A DNA stretch of 64,000 nucleotides, taken from assembly GCA_964016885.1 (NCBI GenBank), contig OZ024746.1:52700001-52764000 (forward strand), in the 5' to 3' direction. The DNA comes from Eledone cirrhosa. Lineage: Eukaryota. The stretch's first letter is position 1; every line of letters starts with the position of its first letter. Below the pieces are notes generated by a model that saw only the letters and a program-made list of their open reading frames with translations, had not been told where the DNA came from and did no database searches. The position numbers and the translations under genes were made by a program. Below, one piece after another: positions 27,001 through 40,560 of the stretch.

Positions 27001-30000
27001 TAGTTAGTGGTTGCTGAGATGGTAGTGTTGTTGTTGTTGTTATTGTAATTAGTGGTTTTTGTGATGGTCGTGTTGTTGTTGTTGTTATTGTAGTTAGTGG
27101 TTGCTGTGATGGTAGTGTTGTTGTTGTTATTGTAGTTAGTGGTTGCTGAGATGGTAGTTTTGTTGTTGTTGTTATTGCAGTTAGTGGTTGCAGAGATGGT
27201 AGTGTTGTTGTTGTTGTTATTCTAGTTAGTGGTTGCTGTGATGGTAGTGTTGTTGTTGTTGTTATTGTAGTTAGTGGTTTTTGTGATGGTAGTGTTGTTG
27301 TTGTTGTTATTCTAGTTAGTGCTTGCTGTGATGGTAGTGTTATTGTTGTTGTTATTGTAGTTAGTGGTTTCTGTGATGGTAGTGTTGTTGTTGTTATTGT
27401 AGTTAGTGGTTGCTGAGATGGTAGTGTTGTTGTTGTTGTTGTTATTGTAGTTAGTGGTTGCTGAGATGGTAGTGTTGTCGTTGTTGTTATTGTAGTTAGT
27501 GGTTGCTGTGATGGTAGTGTTGTTGTTGTTGTTATTGTAGTTAGAGGTTGCTGAGATGGTAGTGTTGTCGTTGTTGTTATTGTAGTTAGTGGTTGCTGAG
27601 ATGGTAGTGTTGTTGTTGTTGTTATTGTAGTTAGAGGTTGCTGAGATGGTAGTGTTGTTGTTGTTATTCTAGTTAGTGGTTGCTGTGATGGTAGTGGTGT
27701 TGTTATTTTGTAGTTAGAGGTTGCTGAGATGGTAGTGTTGTTGTTGTTATTCTAGTTAGTGGTTGCTGTGATGGTAGTGTTGTTGTTGTTGTTATTGTAG
27801 TTAGTGGTTTCTGTGATGGTAGTGTTGTTGTTGTTGTTACTATAGTTAGTGGTTTCTGTGATGGTAGTGTTGTTGTTGTTATTCTAGTTAGTGGTTGCTG
27901 TGATGGTAGTGTTGTTGTTATTATTGTAGTTAGAGCTTGCTGAGATGGTAGTGTTGTTGTTGTTATTGTAGTTAGTGGTTGCTGAGATGGTAGTGTTGTT
28001 GTTGTTGTTATTGTAGTTAGAGGTTGCTGTGATGGTAGTGTTGTTGTTGTTTTTATTGTAGTTAGTGGTTTCTGTGATGGTAGTGTTGTTGTTGTTGTTA
28101 TTGTAGTTAGTGGTTGCTGAGATAATAGTGTTGTTGTTGTTGTTATTGTAGTTAGTGGTTGCTGAGATGGTAGTGTTGTTGTTGTTGTTATTGTAGTTAG
28201 TGGTTGCTGAGATGGTAGTGTTGTTGTTGTTGTTATTGTAGTTAGTGGTTTTTGTGATGGTAGTGTTGTTGTTGTTGTTGTAGTTAGTGGTTGCTGTGAT
28301 GGTAGTGTTGTTGTTGTTATTGTAGTTAGTGGTTGCAGAGATGGTAGTGTTGTTGTTGTTGTTATTCTAGTTAGTGGTTGCTGTGATGGTAGTGTTGTTG
28401 TTGTTGTTATTGTAGTTAGTGGTTTTTGTGATGGTAGTGTTGTTGTTGTTGTTATTCTAGTTAGTGCTTGCTGTGATGGTAGTGTTGTTGTTGTTGTTAT
28501 TGTAGTTAGTGGTTTCTGTGATGGTAGTGTTGTTGTTGTTATTGTAGTTAGTGGTTGCTGAGATGGTAGTGTTGTTGTTGTTGTTATTGTAGTTAGAGGT
28601 TGCTGTGATGGTAGTGTTGTTGTTGTTGTTGTTATTGTAGTTAGTCGTTTCTGTGATGGTAGTGTTGTTGTTGTTGTTATTGTAGTTAGTGTTTTCTGTG
28701 ATGGTAGTGTTGTTGTTGTTATTCTAGTTAGTGGTTGCTGTGATGGTAGTGTTGTTGTTATTATTGTAGTTAGAGCTTGCTGAAATGGTAGTGTTGTTGT
28801 TGTTGTTATTGTAGTTAGTGGTTTTTGTGATGGTAGTGTTGTTGTTTCTTGTTATTGTAGTTAGTGGTTGCTGTGATGGTAGTGTTGTTGTTGTTATTGT
28901 AGTTAGTGGTTGCTGAGATGGTAGTGTTGTTGTTGTTGTTATTGTAGTTAGTGGTTGCTGTGATGGTAGTGTTGTTGTTGTTGTTATTGTAGTTAGTTTT
29001 TTTCTGTGATGGTAGTGTTGTTGTTGTTGTTATTGTAGTTAGTGGTTGCTGAGATAATAGTGTTGTTGTTGTTGTTATTGTAGTTAGTGGTTGCTGAGAT
29101 GATAGTGTTGTTGTTGTTGTTATTGTAGTTAGTGGTTGCTGAGATGGTAGTGTTGTTGTTGTTGTTATTGTAGTTAGTGGTTTTTGTGATGGTAGTGTTG
29201 TTGTTGTTGTTATTGTAGTTAGTGGTTGCTGTGATGGTAGTGTTGTTGTTGTTATTGTAGTTAGTGGTTGCTGAGATGGTAGTGTTGTTGTTGTTGTTAT
29301 TGTAGTTAGTGGTTGCAGAGATGGTAGTGTTGTTGTTGTTGTTATTCTAGTTAGTGGTTGCTGTGATGGTAGTGTTGTTGTTGTTGTTATTGTAGTTAGT
29401 GGTTTTTGTGATGGTAGTGTTGTTGTTGTTGTTATTCTAGTTAGTGCTTGCTGTGATGGTAGTGTTATTGTTGTTGTTATTGTAGTTAGTGGTTTCTTTG
29501 ATGGTAGTGTTGTTGTTGTTATTGTAGTTAGTGGTTGCTGAGATGGTAGTGTTGTTGTTGTTGTTGTTATTGTAGTTAGTGGTTGCTGAGATGGTAGTGT
29601 TGTCGTTGTTGTTATTGTAGTTAGTGGTTGCTGTGATGGTAGTGTTGTTGTTGTTGTTATTGTAGTTAGAGGTTGCTGAGTTGGTAGTGTTGTCGTTGTT
29701 GTTATTGTAGTTAGTGGTTGCTGAGATGGTAGTGTTGTTGTTGTTGTTATTGTAGTTAGAGGTTGCTGAGATGGTAGTGTTGTTGTTGTTATTCTAGTTA
29801 GTGGTTGCTGTGATGGTAGTGTTGTTGTTATTATTGTAGTTAGAGGTTGCTGAGATGGTAGTGTTGTTGTTGTTATTCTAGTTAGAGGTTGCTGTGATGG
29901 TAGTGTTGTTGTTGTTGTTATTGTAGTTAGTGGTTTCTGTGATGGTAGTGTTGTTGTTGTTATTCTAGTTAGTGGTTGCTGTGATGGTAGTGTTGTTGTT

Positions 30001-33000
30001 ATTATTGTAGTTAGAGCTTGCTGAGATGGTAGTGTTGTTGTTGTTATTGTAGTTAGTGGTTGCTGAGATGGTAGTGTTGTTGTTGTTGTTATTGTAGTTA
30101 GAGGTTGCTGTGATGGTAGTGTTGTTGTTGTTGTTATTGTAGTTAGTGGTTTCTGTGATGGTAGTGTTGTTGTTGTTGTTAAGGTAGTTAGTGGTTGCTG
30201 AGATAATAGTGTTGTTGTTGTTGTTATTGTAGTTAGTGGTTGCTGAGATGGTAGTGTTGTTGTTGTTGTTATTGTAGTTAGTGGTTGCTGAGATGGTAGT
30301 GTTGTTGTTGTTGTTATTGTAGTTAGTGGTTTTTGTGATGGTAGTGTTGTTGTTGTTGTTATTGTAGTTAGTGGTTGCTGAGATGGTAGTGTTGTTGTTG
30401 TTGTTATTGTAGTTAGTGGTTTTTGTGATGGTAGAGTTGTTGTTGTTGTTATTGTAGTTAGTGGTTGCTGTGATGGTAGTGTTGTTGTTGTTATTGTAGT
30501 TAGTGGTTGCTGTGATGGTAGTGTTGTTGTTGTTATTGTAGTTAGTGGTTGCTGAGATGGTAGTGTTGTTGTTGTTGTTATTGTAGTTAGTGGTTTTTGT
30601 GATGGTAGTGTTGTTGTTGTTGTTATTGTAGTTAGTGGTTGCTGTGATGGTAGTGTTGTTGTTGTTATTGTAGTTAGTGGTTGCTGAGATGGTAGTGTTG
30701 TTGTTGTTGTTATTGTAGTTAGAGGTTGCTGTGATGGTAGTGTTGTTGTTGTTGTTATTGTAGTTAGTGGTTTCTGTGATGGTAGTGTTGTTGTTGTTGT
30801 TGTTATTGTAGTTAGTGGTTGCTGAGATAATAGTGTTGTTGTTGTTGTTATTGTAGTTAGTGGTTGCTGAGATGGTAGTGTTGTTGTTGTTATTGTAGTT
30901 AGTGATTGCTGAGATGGTAGTGTTGTTGTTGTTGTTATTGTAGTTAGTGGTTTCTGTGATGGTAGTGTTGTTGTTGTTGTTGTTATTGTAGTTAGTGGTT
31001 GCTGAGATAATAGTGTTGTTGTTGTTGTTATTGTAGTTAGTGGTTGCTGAGATGGTAGTGTTGTTGTTGTTGTTATCGTAGTTAGTGGTTTCTGTGATGG
31101 TAGTGTTGTTGTTGTTGTTATTGTAGTTAGTGGTTGCTGAGATAATAGTGTTGTTGTTGTTGTTATTGTAGTTAGTGGTTGCTGAGATGGTAGTGTTGTT
31201 GTTGTTGTTATTGTAGTTAGTGGTTTCTGTGATGGTAGTGTTGTTGTTGTTTTTATTGTAGTTAGTGGTTGCTGTGATGGTAGTGTTGTTGTTGTTATTG
31301 TAGTTAGTGGTTGCTGAGATGGTAGTGTTGTTGTTGTGGTTATTGTAGTTAGTGGTTGCTGAGATGGTAGTGTTGGTGTTGTTATTGTAGCTAGTGGTTG
31401 CTGTGATGGTAGTTTTGTTGTTGTTATTGTAGTTAGTGGTTGCTATGATGGTAGTGATGTTGTTGTTATTGTAGCTAGTGGTTGCTGTGTTGGTAGTGTT
31501 GTTGTTGTTATTGTAGTTAGTGGTTGCTATGCTGGTAGTGTTGTTGTTGTTATTGTAGCTAGTGGTTGCTGTGATGGTAGTGTTTTTGTTGTTATTGTAG
31601 TTAGTGGTTTCTGTGATGGTAGTGTTGTTGTTGTTGTTATTGTAGTTAGAGGTTGCTGAGATGGTAGTGTTGTTGTTGTTGTTATTGTAGTTAGTGGTTT
31701 CTGTGATGGTAGTGTTGTTGTTGTTATTGTAGTTAGTGGTTGCTGAGATGGTAGTGTTGTTGTTGTTGTTATTGTAGTTAGAGGTTGCTGTGATGGTAGT
31801 GTTGTTGTTGTTGTTATTGTAGTTAGTGGTTTCTGTGATGGTAGTGTTGTTGTTGTTGTTATTGTAGTTAGTGGTTTTTGTGATGGTAGTGTTGTTGTTG
31901 TTGTTATTGTAGTTAGTGGTTGCTGTGATGGTAGTGTTGTTGTTGTTATTGTAGTTAGTGGTTGCTGAGATGGTAGTGTTGTTGTTGTTGGTATTGTAGT
32001 TAGTGGTTTTTGTGATGGTAGTGTTGTTGTTGTTGTTATTGTAGTTAGTGGTTGCTGTGATGGTAGTGTTGTTGTTGTTATTGTAGTTAGTGGTTGCTGA
32101 GATGGTAGTGTTGTTGTTGTTGTTATTGTAGTTAGTGGTTTCTGTGATGGTAGTGTTGTTGTTGTTATTGTAGTTAGTGGTTGCTGAGATGGTAGTGTTG
32201 TTGTTGTTGTTATTGTAGTTAGTGGTTGCTGAGATGGTAGTGTTGTTGTTGTTGTTATTGTAGTTAGTGGTTGCTGAGATGGTAGTGTTGTTGTTGTTGT
32301 TATTGTAGTTAGTGGTTTTTGTGATGGTAGTGTTGTTGTTGTTGTTATTGTAGTTAGTGGTTGCTGAGATGGTAGTGTTGTTGTTGTTGTTATTGTAGTT
32401 AGTGGTTTTTGTGATGGTAGTGTTGTTGTTGTTGTTATTGTAGTTAGTGGTTGCTGTGATGGTAGTGTTGTTGTTGTTATTGTAGTTAGTGGTAGCTGAG
32501 ATGGTAGTGTTGTTGTTGTTGTTATTGTAGTTAGTGGTTTTTGTGATGGTAGTGTTGTTGTTGTTGTTATTGTAGTTAGTGGTTGCTGTGATGGTAGTGT
32601 TGTTGTTGTTATTGTAGTTAGTGGTTGCTGAGATGGTAGTGTTGTTGTTGTTGTTATTGTAGTTAGAGGTTGCTGTGATGGTAGTGTTGTTGTTGTTGTT
32701 ATTGTAGTCAGTGGTTGCTGAGATAATAGTGTTGTTGTTGTTGTTATTGTAGTTAGTGGTTGCTGAGATGGTAGTGTTGTTGTTGTTATTGTAGTTAGTG
32801 GTTGCTGAGATGGTAGTGTTGTTGTTGTTGTTATTGTAGTTAGTGGTTTCTGTGATGGTAGTGTTGTTGTTGTTGTTGTTATTGTAGTTAGTGGTTGCTG
32901 AGATAATAGTGTTGTTGTTGTTGTTATTGTAGTTAGTGGTTGCTGAGATAATAGTGTTGTTGTTGTTGTTATTGTAGTTAGTGGTTGCTGAGATGATAGT

Positions 33001-35639
33001 GTTGTTGTTGTTGTTATTGTAGTTAGTGGTTGCTGAGATGGTAGTGTTGTTGTTGTTGTTATTGTAGTTAGTGGTTTTTGTGATGGTAGTGTTGTTGTTG
33101 TTGTTATTGTAGTTAGTGGTTGCTGTGATGGTAGTGTTGTTGTTGTTATTGTAGTTAGTGGTTGCTGAGATGGTAGTGTTGTTGTTGTTGTTATTGTAGT
33201 TAGTGGTTGCAGAGATGGTAGTGTTGTTGTTGTTGTTATTCTAGTTAGTGGTTGCTGTGATGGTAGTGTTGTTGTTGTTGTTATTGTAGTTAGTGGTTGC
33301 TGAGATGGTAGTGTTGTTGTTGTTGTTGTTATTGTAGTTAGTGGTTGCTGAGATGGTAGTGTTGTCGTTGTTGTTATTGTAGTTAGTGGTTGCTGTGATG
33401 GTAGTGTTGTTGTTGTTGTTATTGTAGTTAGAGGTTGCTGAGTTGGTAGTGTTGTCGTTGTTGTTATTGTAGTTAGTGGTTGCTGAGATGGTAGTGTTGT
33501 TGTTGTTGTTATTGTAGTTAGAGGTTGCTGAGATGGTAGTGTTGTTGTTGTTATTCTAGTTAGTGGTTGCTGTGATGGTAGTGTTGTTGTTATTATTGTA
33601 GTTAGAGGTTGCTGAGATGGTAGTGTTGTTGTTGTTATTCTAGTTAGAGGTTGCTGTGATGGTAGTGTTGTTGTTGTTGTTATTGTAGTTAGTGGTTTCT
33701 GTGATGGTAGTGTTGTTGTTGTTGTTACTATAGTTAGTGGTTTCTGTGATGGTAGTGTTGTTGTTGTTATTCTAGTTAGTGGTTGCTGTGATGGTAGTGT
33801 TGTTGTTATTATTGTAGTTAGAGCTTGCTGAGATGGTAGTGTTGTTGTTGTTATTGTAGTTAGTGGTTGCTGAGATGGTAGTGTTGTTGTTGTTGTTGTT
33901 GTTATTGTAGTTAGAGGTTGCTGTGATGGTAGTGTTGTTGTTGTTGTTAAGGTAGTTAGTGGTTGCTGAGATAATAGTGTTGTTGTTGTTGTTATTGTAG
34001 TTAGTGGTTTTTGTGATGGTAGTGTTGTTGTTGTTGTTATTGTAGTTAGTGGTTTTTGTGATGGTAGTGTTGTTGTTGTTGTTATTGTAGTTAGTGGTTG
34101 CTGAGATGGTAGTGTTGTTGTTGTTGTTATTGTAGTTAGTGGTTTTTGTGATGGTAGAGTTGTTGTTGTTGTTATTGTAGTTAGTGGTTGCTGTGATGGT
34201 AGTGTTGTTGTTGTTATTGTAGTTAGTGGTTGCTGAGATGGTAGTGTTGTTGTTGTTGTTATTGTAGTTAGTGGTTTTTGTGATGGTAGTGTTGTTGTTG
34301 TTGTTATTGTAGTTAGTGGTTGCTGTGATGGTAGTGTTGTTGTTGTTATTGTAGTTAGTGGTTGCTGAGATGGTAGTGTTGTTGTTGTTGTTATTGTAGT
34401 TAGAGGTTGCTGTGATGGTAGTGTTGTTGTTGTTGTTATTGTAGTCAGTGGTTGCTGAGATGGTAGTGTTGTTGTTGTTGTTATTGTAGTTAGTGGTTTT
34501 TGTGATGGTAGTGTTGTTGTTGTTGTTATTGTAGTTAGTGGTTGCTGAGATGGTAGTGTTGTTGTTGTTATTGTAGTTAGTGATTGCTGAGATGGTAGTG
34601 TTGTTGTTGTTGTTATTGTAGTTAGTGGTTTCTGTGATGGTAGTGTTGTTGTTGTTGTTATTATTGTAGTTAGTGGTTGCTGAGATAATAGTGTTGTTGT
34701 TGTTGTTATTGTAGTTAGTGGTTGCTGAGATGATAGTGTTGTTGTTGTTGTTATCGTAGTTAGTGGTTTCTGTGATGGTAGTGTTGTTGTTGTTGTTATT
34801 GTAGTTAGTGGTTGCTGAGATGGTAGTGTTGTTGTTGTTGTTATTGTAGTTAGTGGTTTCTGTGATGGTAGTGTTGTTGTTGTTGTTATTGTAGTTAGTG
34901 GTTGCTGAGATGGTAGTGTTGTTGTTGTTGTTATCGTAGTTAGTGGTTTCTGTGATGGTAGTGTTGTTGTTGTTGTTATTGTAGTTAGTGGTTGCTGAGA
35001 TAATAGTGTTGTTGTTGTTGTTATTGTAGTTAGTGGTTGCTGAGATGGTAGTGTTGTTGTTGTTGTTATTGTAGTTAGTGGTTTCTGTGATGGTAGTGTT
35101 GTTGTTGTTGTTATTGTAGTTAGTGGTTGCTGTGATGGTAGTGTTGTTGTTGTTATTGTAGTTAGTGGTTGCTGAGATGGTAGTGTTGTTGTTGTGGTTA
35201 TTGTAGTTAGTGGTTGCTGAGATGGTAGTGTTGTTGTTGTTATTGTAGCTAGTGGTTGCTGTGATGGTAGTTTTGTTGTTGTTATTGTAGTTAGTGGTTG
35301 CTATGATGGTAGTGATGTTGTTGTTATTGTAGCTAGTGGTTGCTGTGTTGGTAGTGTTGTTGTTGTTATTGTAGTTAGTGGTTGCTATGCTGGTAGTGTT
35401 GTTGTTGTTATTGTAGCTAGTGGTTGCTGTGATGGTAGTGTTTTTGTTGTTATTGTAGTTAGTGGTTTCTGTGATGGTAGTGTTGTTGTTGTTGTTATTG
35501 TAGTTAGAGGTTGCTGAGATGGTAGTGTTGTTGTTGTTGTTATTGTAGTTAGTGGTTTCTGTGATGGTAGTTTTGTTGTTGTTATTGTAGTTAGTGGTTG
35601 CTGAGATGGTAGTGTTGTTGTTGTTTTTATTGTAGTTAG

Positions 35640-38600
35640 AGGTTGCTGTGATGGTAGTGTTGTTGTTGTTGTTATTGTAGTTAGTGGTTTCTGTGATGGT
35701 AGTGTTGTTGTTGTTGTTATTGTAGTTAGTGGTTGCTGAGATAATAGTGTTGTTGTTGTTGTTATTGTAGTTAGTGGTTGCTGAGATGGTAGTGTTGTTA
35801 TTGTAGTTAGTGGTTGCTGAGATGGTAGTGTTGTTGTTGTTGTTATTGTAGTTAGTGGTTTTTGTGATGGTAGTGTTGTTGTTGTTGTTATTGTAGTTAG
35901 TGGTTGCTGAGATGGTAGTGTTGTTGTTGTTGTTATTGTAGTTAGTGGTTTTTGTGATGGTAGTGTTGTTGTTGTTGTTATTGTAGTTAGTGGTTGCTGT
36001 GATGGTAGTGTTGTTGTTGTTATTGTAGTTAGTGGTTGCTGAGATGGTAGTGTTGTTGTTGTTGTTATTGTAGTTAGTGGTTGCTGTGATGGTAGTGTTG
36101 TTGTTGTTATTGTAGTTAGTGGTTGCTGAGATGGTAGTGTTGTTGTTGTTGTTATTGTAGTTAGAGGTTGCTGTGATGGTAGTGTTGTTGTTGTTGTTAT
36201 TGTAGTCAGTGGTTGCTGAGATAATAGTGTTGTTGTTGTTGTTATTGTAGTTAGTGGTTGCTGAGATGGTAGTGTTGTTGTTGTTATTGTAGTTAGTGGT
36301 TGCTGAGATGGTAGTGTTGTTGTTGTTGTTGTTGTAGTTAGTGGTTTCTGTGATGGTAGTGTTGTTGTTGTTGTTGTTATTGTAGTTAGTGGTTGCTGAG
36401 ATAATAGTGTTGTTGTTGTTGTTATTGTAGTTAGTGGTTGCTGAGATGGTAGTGTTGTTGTTGTTGTTATCGTAGTTAGTGGTTTCTGTGATGGTAGTGT
36501 TGTTGTTGTTGTTATTGTAGTTAGTGGTTGCTGAGATAATAGTGTTGTTGTTGTTGTTATTGTAGTTAGTGGTTGCTGAGATGGTAGTGTTGTTGTTGTT
36601 GTTATTGTAGTTAGTGGTTGCTGAGATGGTAGTGTTGTTGTTGTTGTTATTGTAGTTAGTGGTTTCTGTGATGGTAGTGTTGTTGTTGTTGTTATTGTAG
36701 TTAGTGGTTGCTGTGATGGTAGTGTTGTTGTTGTTATTGTAGTTAGTGGTTGCTGAGATGGTAGTCTTGTTGTTGTTGTTATTGTAGTTAGTGGTTGCTG
36801 AGATGGTAGTGTTGTTGTTGCTGTTATTGTAGTTAGTGGTTTCTGTGATGGTAGTGTTGTTGTTGTTGTTATTGTAGTTAGTGGTTGCTGTGATGGTAGT
36901 GTTGTTGTTGTTATTCTAGTTAGTGGTTGCTGTGATGGTAGTGTTGTTGTTGTTGTTATTGTAGTTAGTGGTTGCTGAGATGGTAGTGTTGTTGTTGTGG
37001 TTATTGTAGTTAGTGGTTGCTGAGATGGTAGTGTTGTTGTTGTTATTGTAGCTAGTGGTTGCTGTGATGGTAGTTTTGTTGTTGTTATTGTAGTTAGTGG
37101 TTGCTATGATGGTAGTGATGTTGTTGTTATTGTAGCTAGTGGTTGCTGTGTTGGTAGTGTTGTTGTTGTTATTGTAGTTAGTGGTTGCTATGCTGGTAGT
37201 GTTGTTGTTGTTATTGTAGCTAGTGGTTGCTGTGATGGTAGTGTTTTTGTTGTTATTGTAGTTAGTGGTTTCTGTGATGGTAGTGTTGTTGTTGTTGTTA
37301 TTGTAGTTAGAGGTTGCTGTGATGGTAGTGTTGTTGTTGTTGTTATTGTAGTTAGTGGTTTCTGTGATGGTAGTGTTGTTGTTGTTGTTATTGTAGTTAG
37401 TGGTTGCTGAGATAATAGTGTTGTTGTTGTTGTTATTGTAGTTAGTGGTTGCTGAGATGGTAGTGTTGTTGTTGTTGTTATTGTAGTTAGTGGTTGCTGA
37501 GATGGTAGTGTTGTTGTTGTTGTTATTGTAGTTAGTGGTTTTTGTGATGGTAGTGTTGTTGTTGTTGTTATTGTAGTTAGTGGTTGCTGAGATGGTAGTG
37601 TTGTTGTTGTTGTTATTGTAGTTAGTGGTTTTTGTGATGGTAGTGTTGTTGTTGTTGTTATTGTAGTTAGTGGTTGCTGTGATGGTAGTGTTGTTGTTGT
37701 TATTGTAGTTAGTGGTTGCTGAGATGGTAGTGTTGTTGTTGTTGTTATTGTAGTTAGTGGTTTTTGTGATGGTAGTGTTGTTGTTGTTGTTATTGTAGTT
37801 AGTGGTTGCTGTGATGGTAGTGTTGTTGTTGTTATTGTAGTTAGTGGTTGCTGAGATGGTAGTGTTGTTGTTGTTGTTATTGTAGTTAGAGGTTGCTGTG
37901 ATGGTAGTGTTGTTGTTGTTGTTATTGTAGTCAGTGGTTGCTGAGATAATAGTGTTGTTGTTGTTGTTATTGTAGTTAGTGGTTGCTGAGTTGGTAGTGT
38001 TGTTGTTGTTATTGTAGTTAGTGGTTGCTGAGATGGTAGTGTTGTTGTTGTTGTTATTGTAGTTAGTGGTTTCTGTGATGGTAGTGTTGTTGTTGTTGTT
38101 GTTATTGTAGTTAGTGGTTGCTGAGATAATAGTGTTGTTGTTGTTGTTATTGTAGTTAGTGGTTGCTGAGATGGTAGTGTTGTTGTTGTTGTTATCGTAG
38201 TTAGTGGTTTCTGTGATGGTAGTGTTGTTGTTGTTGTTATTGTAGTTAGTGGTTGCTGAGATAATAGTGTTGTTGTTGTTGTTATTGTAGTTAGTGGTTG
38301 CTGAGATGGTAGTGTTGTTGTTGTTGTTATTGTAGTTAGTGGTTGCTGAGATGGTAGTGTTGTTGTTGTTGTTATTGTAGTTAGTGGTTTCTGTGATGGT
38401 AGTGTTGTTGTTGTTGTTATTGTAGTTAGTGGTTGCTGTGATGGTAGTGTTGTTGTTGTTATTGTAGTTAGTGGTTGCTGAGATGGTAGTCTTGTTGTTG
38501 TTGTTATTGTAGTTAGTGGTTGCTGAGATGGTAGTGTTGTTGTTGCTGTTATTGTAGTTAGTGGTTTCTGTGATGGTAGTGTTGTTGTTGTTGTTATTGT

Positions 38601-40560
38601 AGTTAGTGGTTGCTGTGATGGTAGTGTTGTTGTTGTTATTCTAGTTAGTGGTTGCTGTGATGGTAGTGTTGTTGTTGTTGTTATTGTAGTTAGTGGTTGC
38701 TGAGATGGTAGTGTTGTTGTTGTGGTTATTGTAGTTAGTGGTTGCTGAGATGGTAGTGTTGTTGTTGTTATTGTAGCTAGTGGTTGCTGTGATGGTAGTT
38801 TTGTTGTTGTTATTGTAGTTAGTGGTTGCTATGATGGTAGTGATGTTGTTGTTATTGTAGCTAGTGGTTGCTGTGTTGGTAGTGTTGTTGTTGTTATTGT
38901 AGTTAGTGGTTGCTATGCTGGTAGTGTTGTTGTTGTTATTGTAGCTAGTGGTTGCTGTGATGGTAGTGTTTTTGTTGTTATTGTAGTTAGTGGTTTCTGT
39001 GATGGTAGTGTTGTTGTTGTTGTTATTGTAGTTAGAGGTTGCTGTGATGGTAGTGTTGTTGTTGTTGTTATTGTAGTTAGTGGTTTCTGTGATGGTAGTG
39101 TTGTTGTTGTTGTTATTGTAGTTAGTGGTTGCTGAGATAATAGTGTTGTTGTTGTTGTTATTGTAGTTAGTGGTTGCTGAGATGGTAGTGTTGTTGTTGT
39201 TGTTATTGTAGTTAGTGGTTGCTGAGATGGTAGTGTTGTTGTTGTTGTTATTATAGTTAGTGGTTTTTGTGATGGTAGTGTTGTTGTTGTTGTTGTTGTT
39301 ATTGTAGTTAGTGGTTGCTGAGATGGTAGTGTTGTTGTTGTTGTTATTGTAGTTAGTGGTTTTTGTGATGGTAGTGTTGTTGTTGTTGTTATTGTAGTTA
39401 GTGGTTGCTGTGATGGTAGTGTTGTTGTTGTTATTGTAGTTAGTGGTTGCTGAGATGGTAGTGTTGTTGTTGTTGTTATTGTAGTTAGTGGTTTTTGTGA
39501 TGGTAGTGTTGTTGTTGTTGTTATTGTAGTTAGTGGTTGCTGTGATGGTAGTGTTGTTGTTGTTATTGTAGTTAGTGGTTGCTGAGATGGTAGTGTTGTT
39601 GTTGTTGTTATTGTAGTTAGAGGTTGCTGTGATGGTAGTGTTGTTGTTGTTGTTATTGTAGTCAGTGGTTGCTGAGATAATAGTGTTGTTGTTGTTGTTA
39701 TTGTAGTTAGTGGTTGCTGAGATCGTAGTGTTGTTGTTGTTATTGTAGTTAGTGGTTGCTGAGATGGTAGTGTTGTTGTTGTTGTTATTGTAGTTAGTGG
39801 TTTCTGTGATGGTAGTGTTGTTGTTGTTGTTGTTATTGTAGTTAGTGGTTGCTGAGATAATAGTGTTGTTGTTGTTGTTATTGTAGTTAGTGGTTGCTGA
39901 GATGGTAGTGTTGTTGTTGTTGTTATCGTAGTTAGTGGTTTCTGTGATGGTAGTGTTGTTGTTGTTGTTATTGTAGTTAGTGGTTGCTGAGATAATAGTG
40001 TTGTTGTTGTTGTTATTGTAGTTAGTGGTTGCTGAGATGGTAGTGTTGTTGTTGTTGTTATTGTAGTTAGTGGTTGCTGAGATGGTAGTGTTGTTGTTGT
40101 TGTTATTGTAGTTAGTGGTTTCTGTGATGGTAGTGTTGTTGTTGTTGTTATTGTAGTTAGTGGTTGCTGTGATGGTAGTGTTGTTGTTGTTATTGTAGTT
40201 AGTGGTTGCTGAGATGGTAGTCTTGTTGTTGTTGTTATTGTAGTTAGTGGTTGCTGAGATGGTAGTGTTGTTGTTGCTGTTATTGTAGTTAGTGGTTTCT
40301 GTGATGGTAGTGTTGTTGTTGTTGTTATTGTAGTTAGTGGTTGCTGTGATGGTAGTGTTGTTGTTGTTATTCTAGTTAGTGGTTGCTGTGATGGTAGTGT
40401 TGTTGTTGTTGTTATTGTAGTTAGTGGTTTCTGTGATGGTAGTGTTGTTGTTGTTAATGTAGTTAGTGGTTGCTGAGATGGTAGTGTTGTTGTTGTGGTT
40501 ATTGTAGTTAGTGGTTGCTGAGATGGTAGTGTTGTTGTTGTTATTGTAGCTAGTGGTTGC
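35640..40560. repeat. Tandem higher-order repeat, period 1725-1731 bp (about 3 copies)
   Basis: The C of GTAGTCAGT lies at 36207, 37932, 39663 and the C of TAGTCTTG at 36766, 38491, 40222. Offsets are 1725 then 1731; the extra 6 bp is a (GTT)7 unit near 39280-39300. Confidence 0.9.
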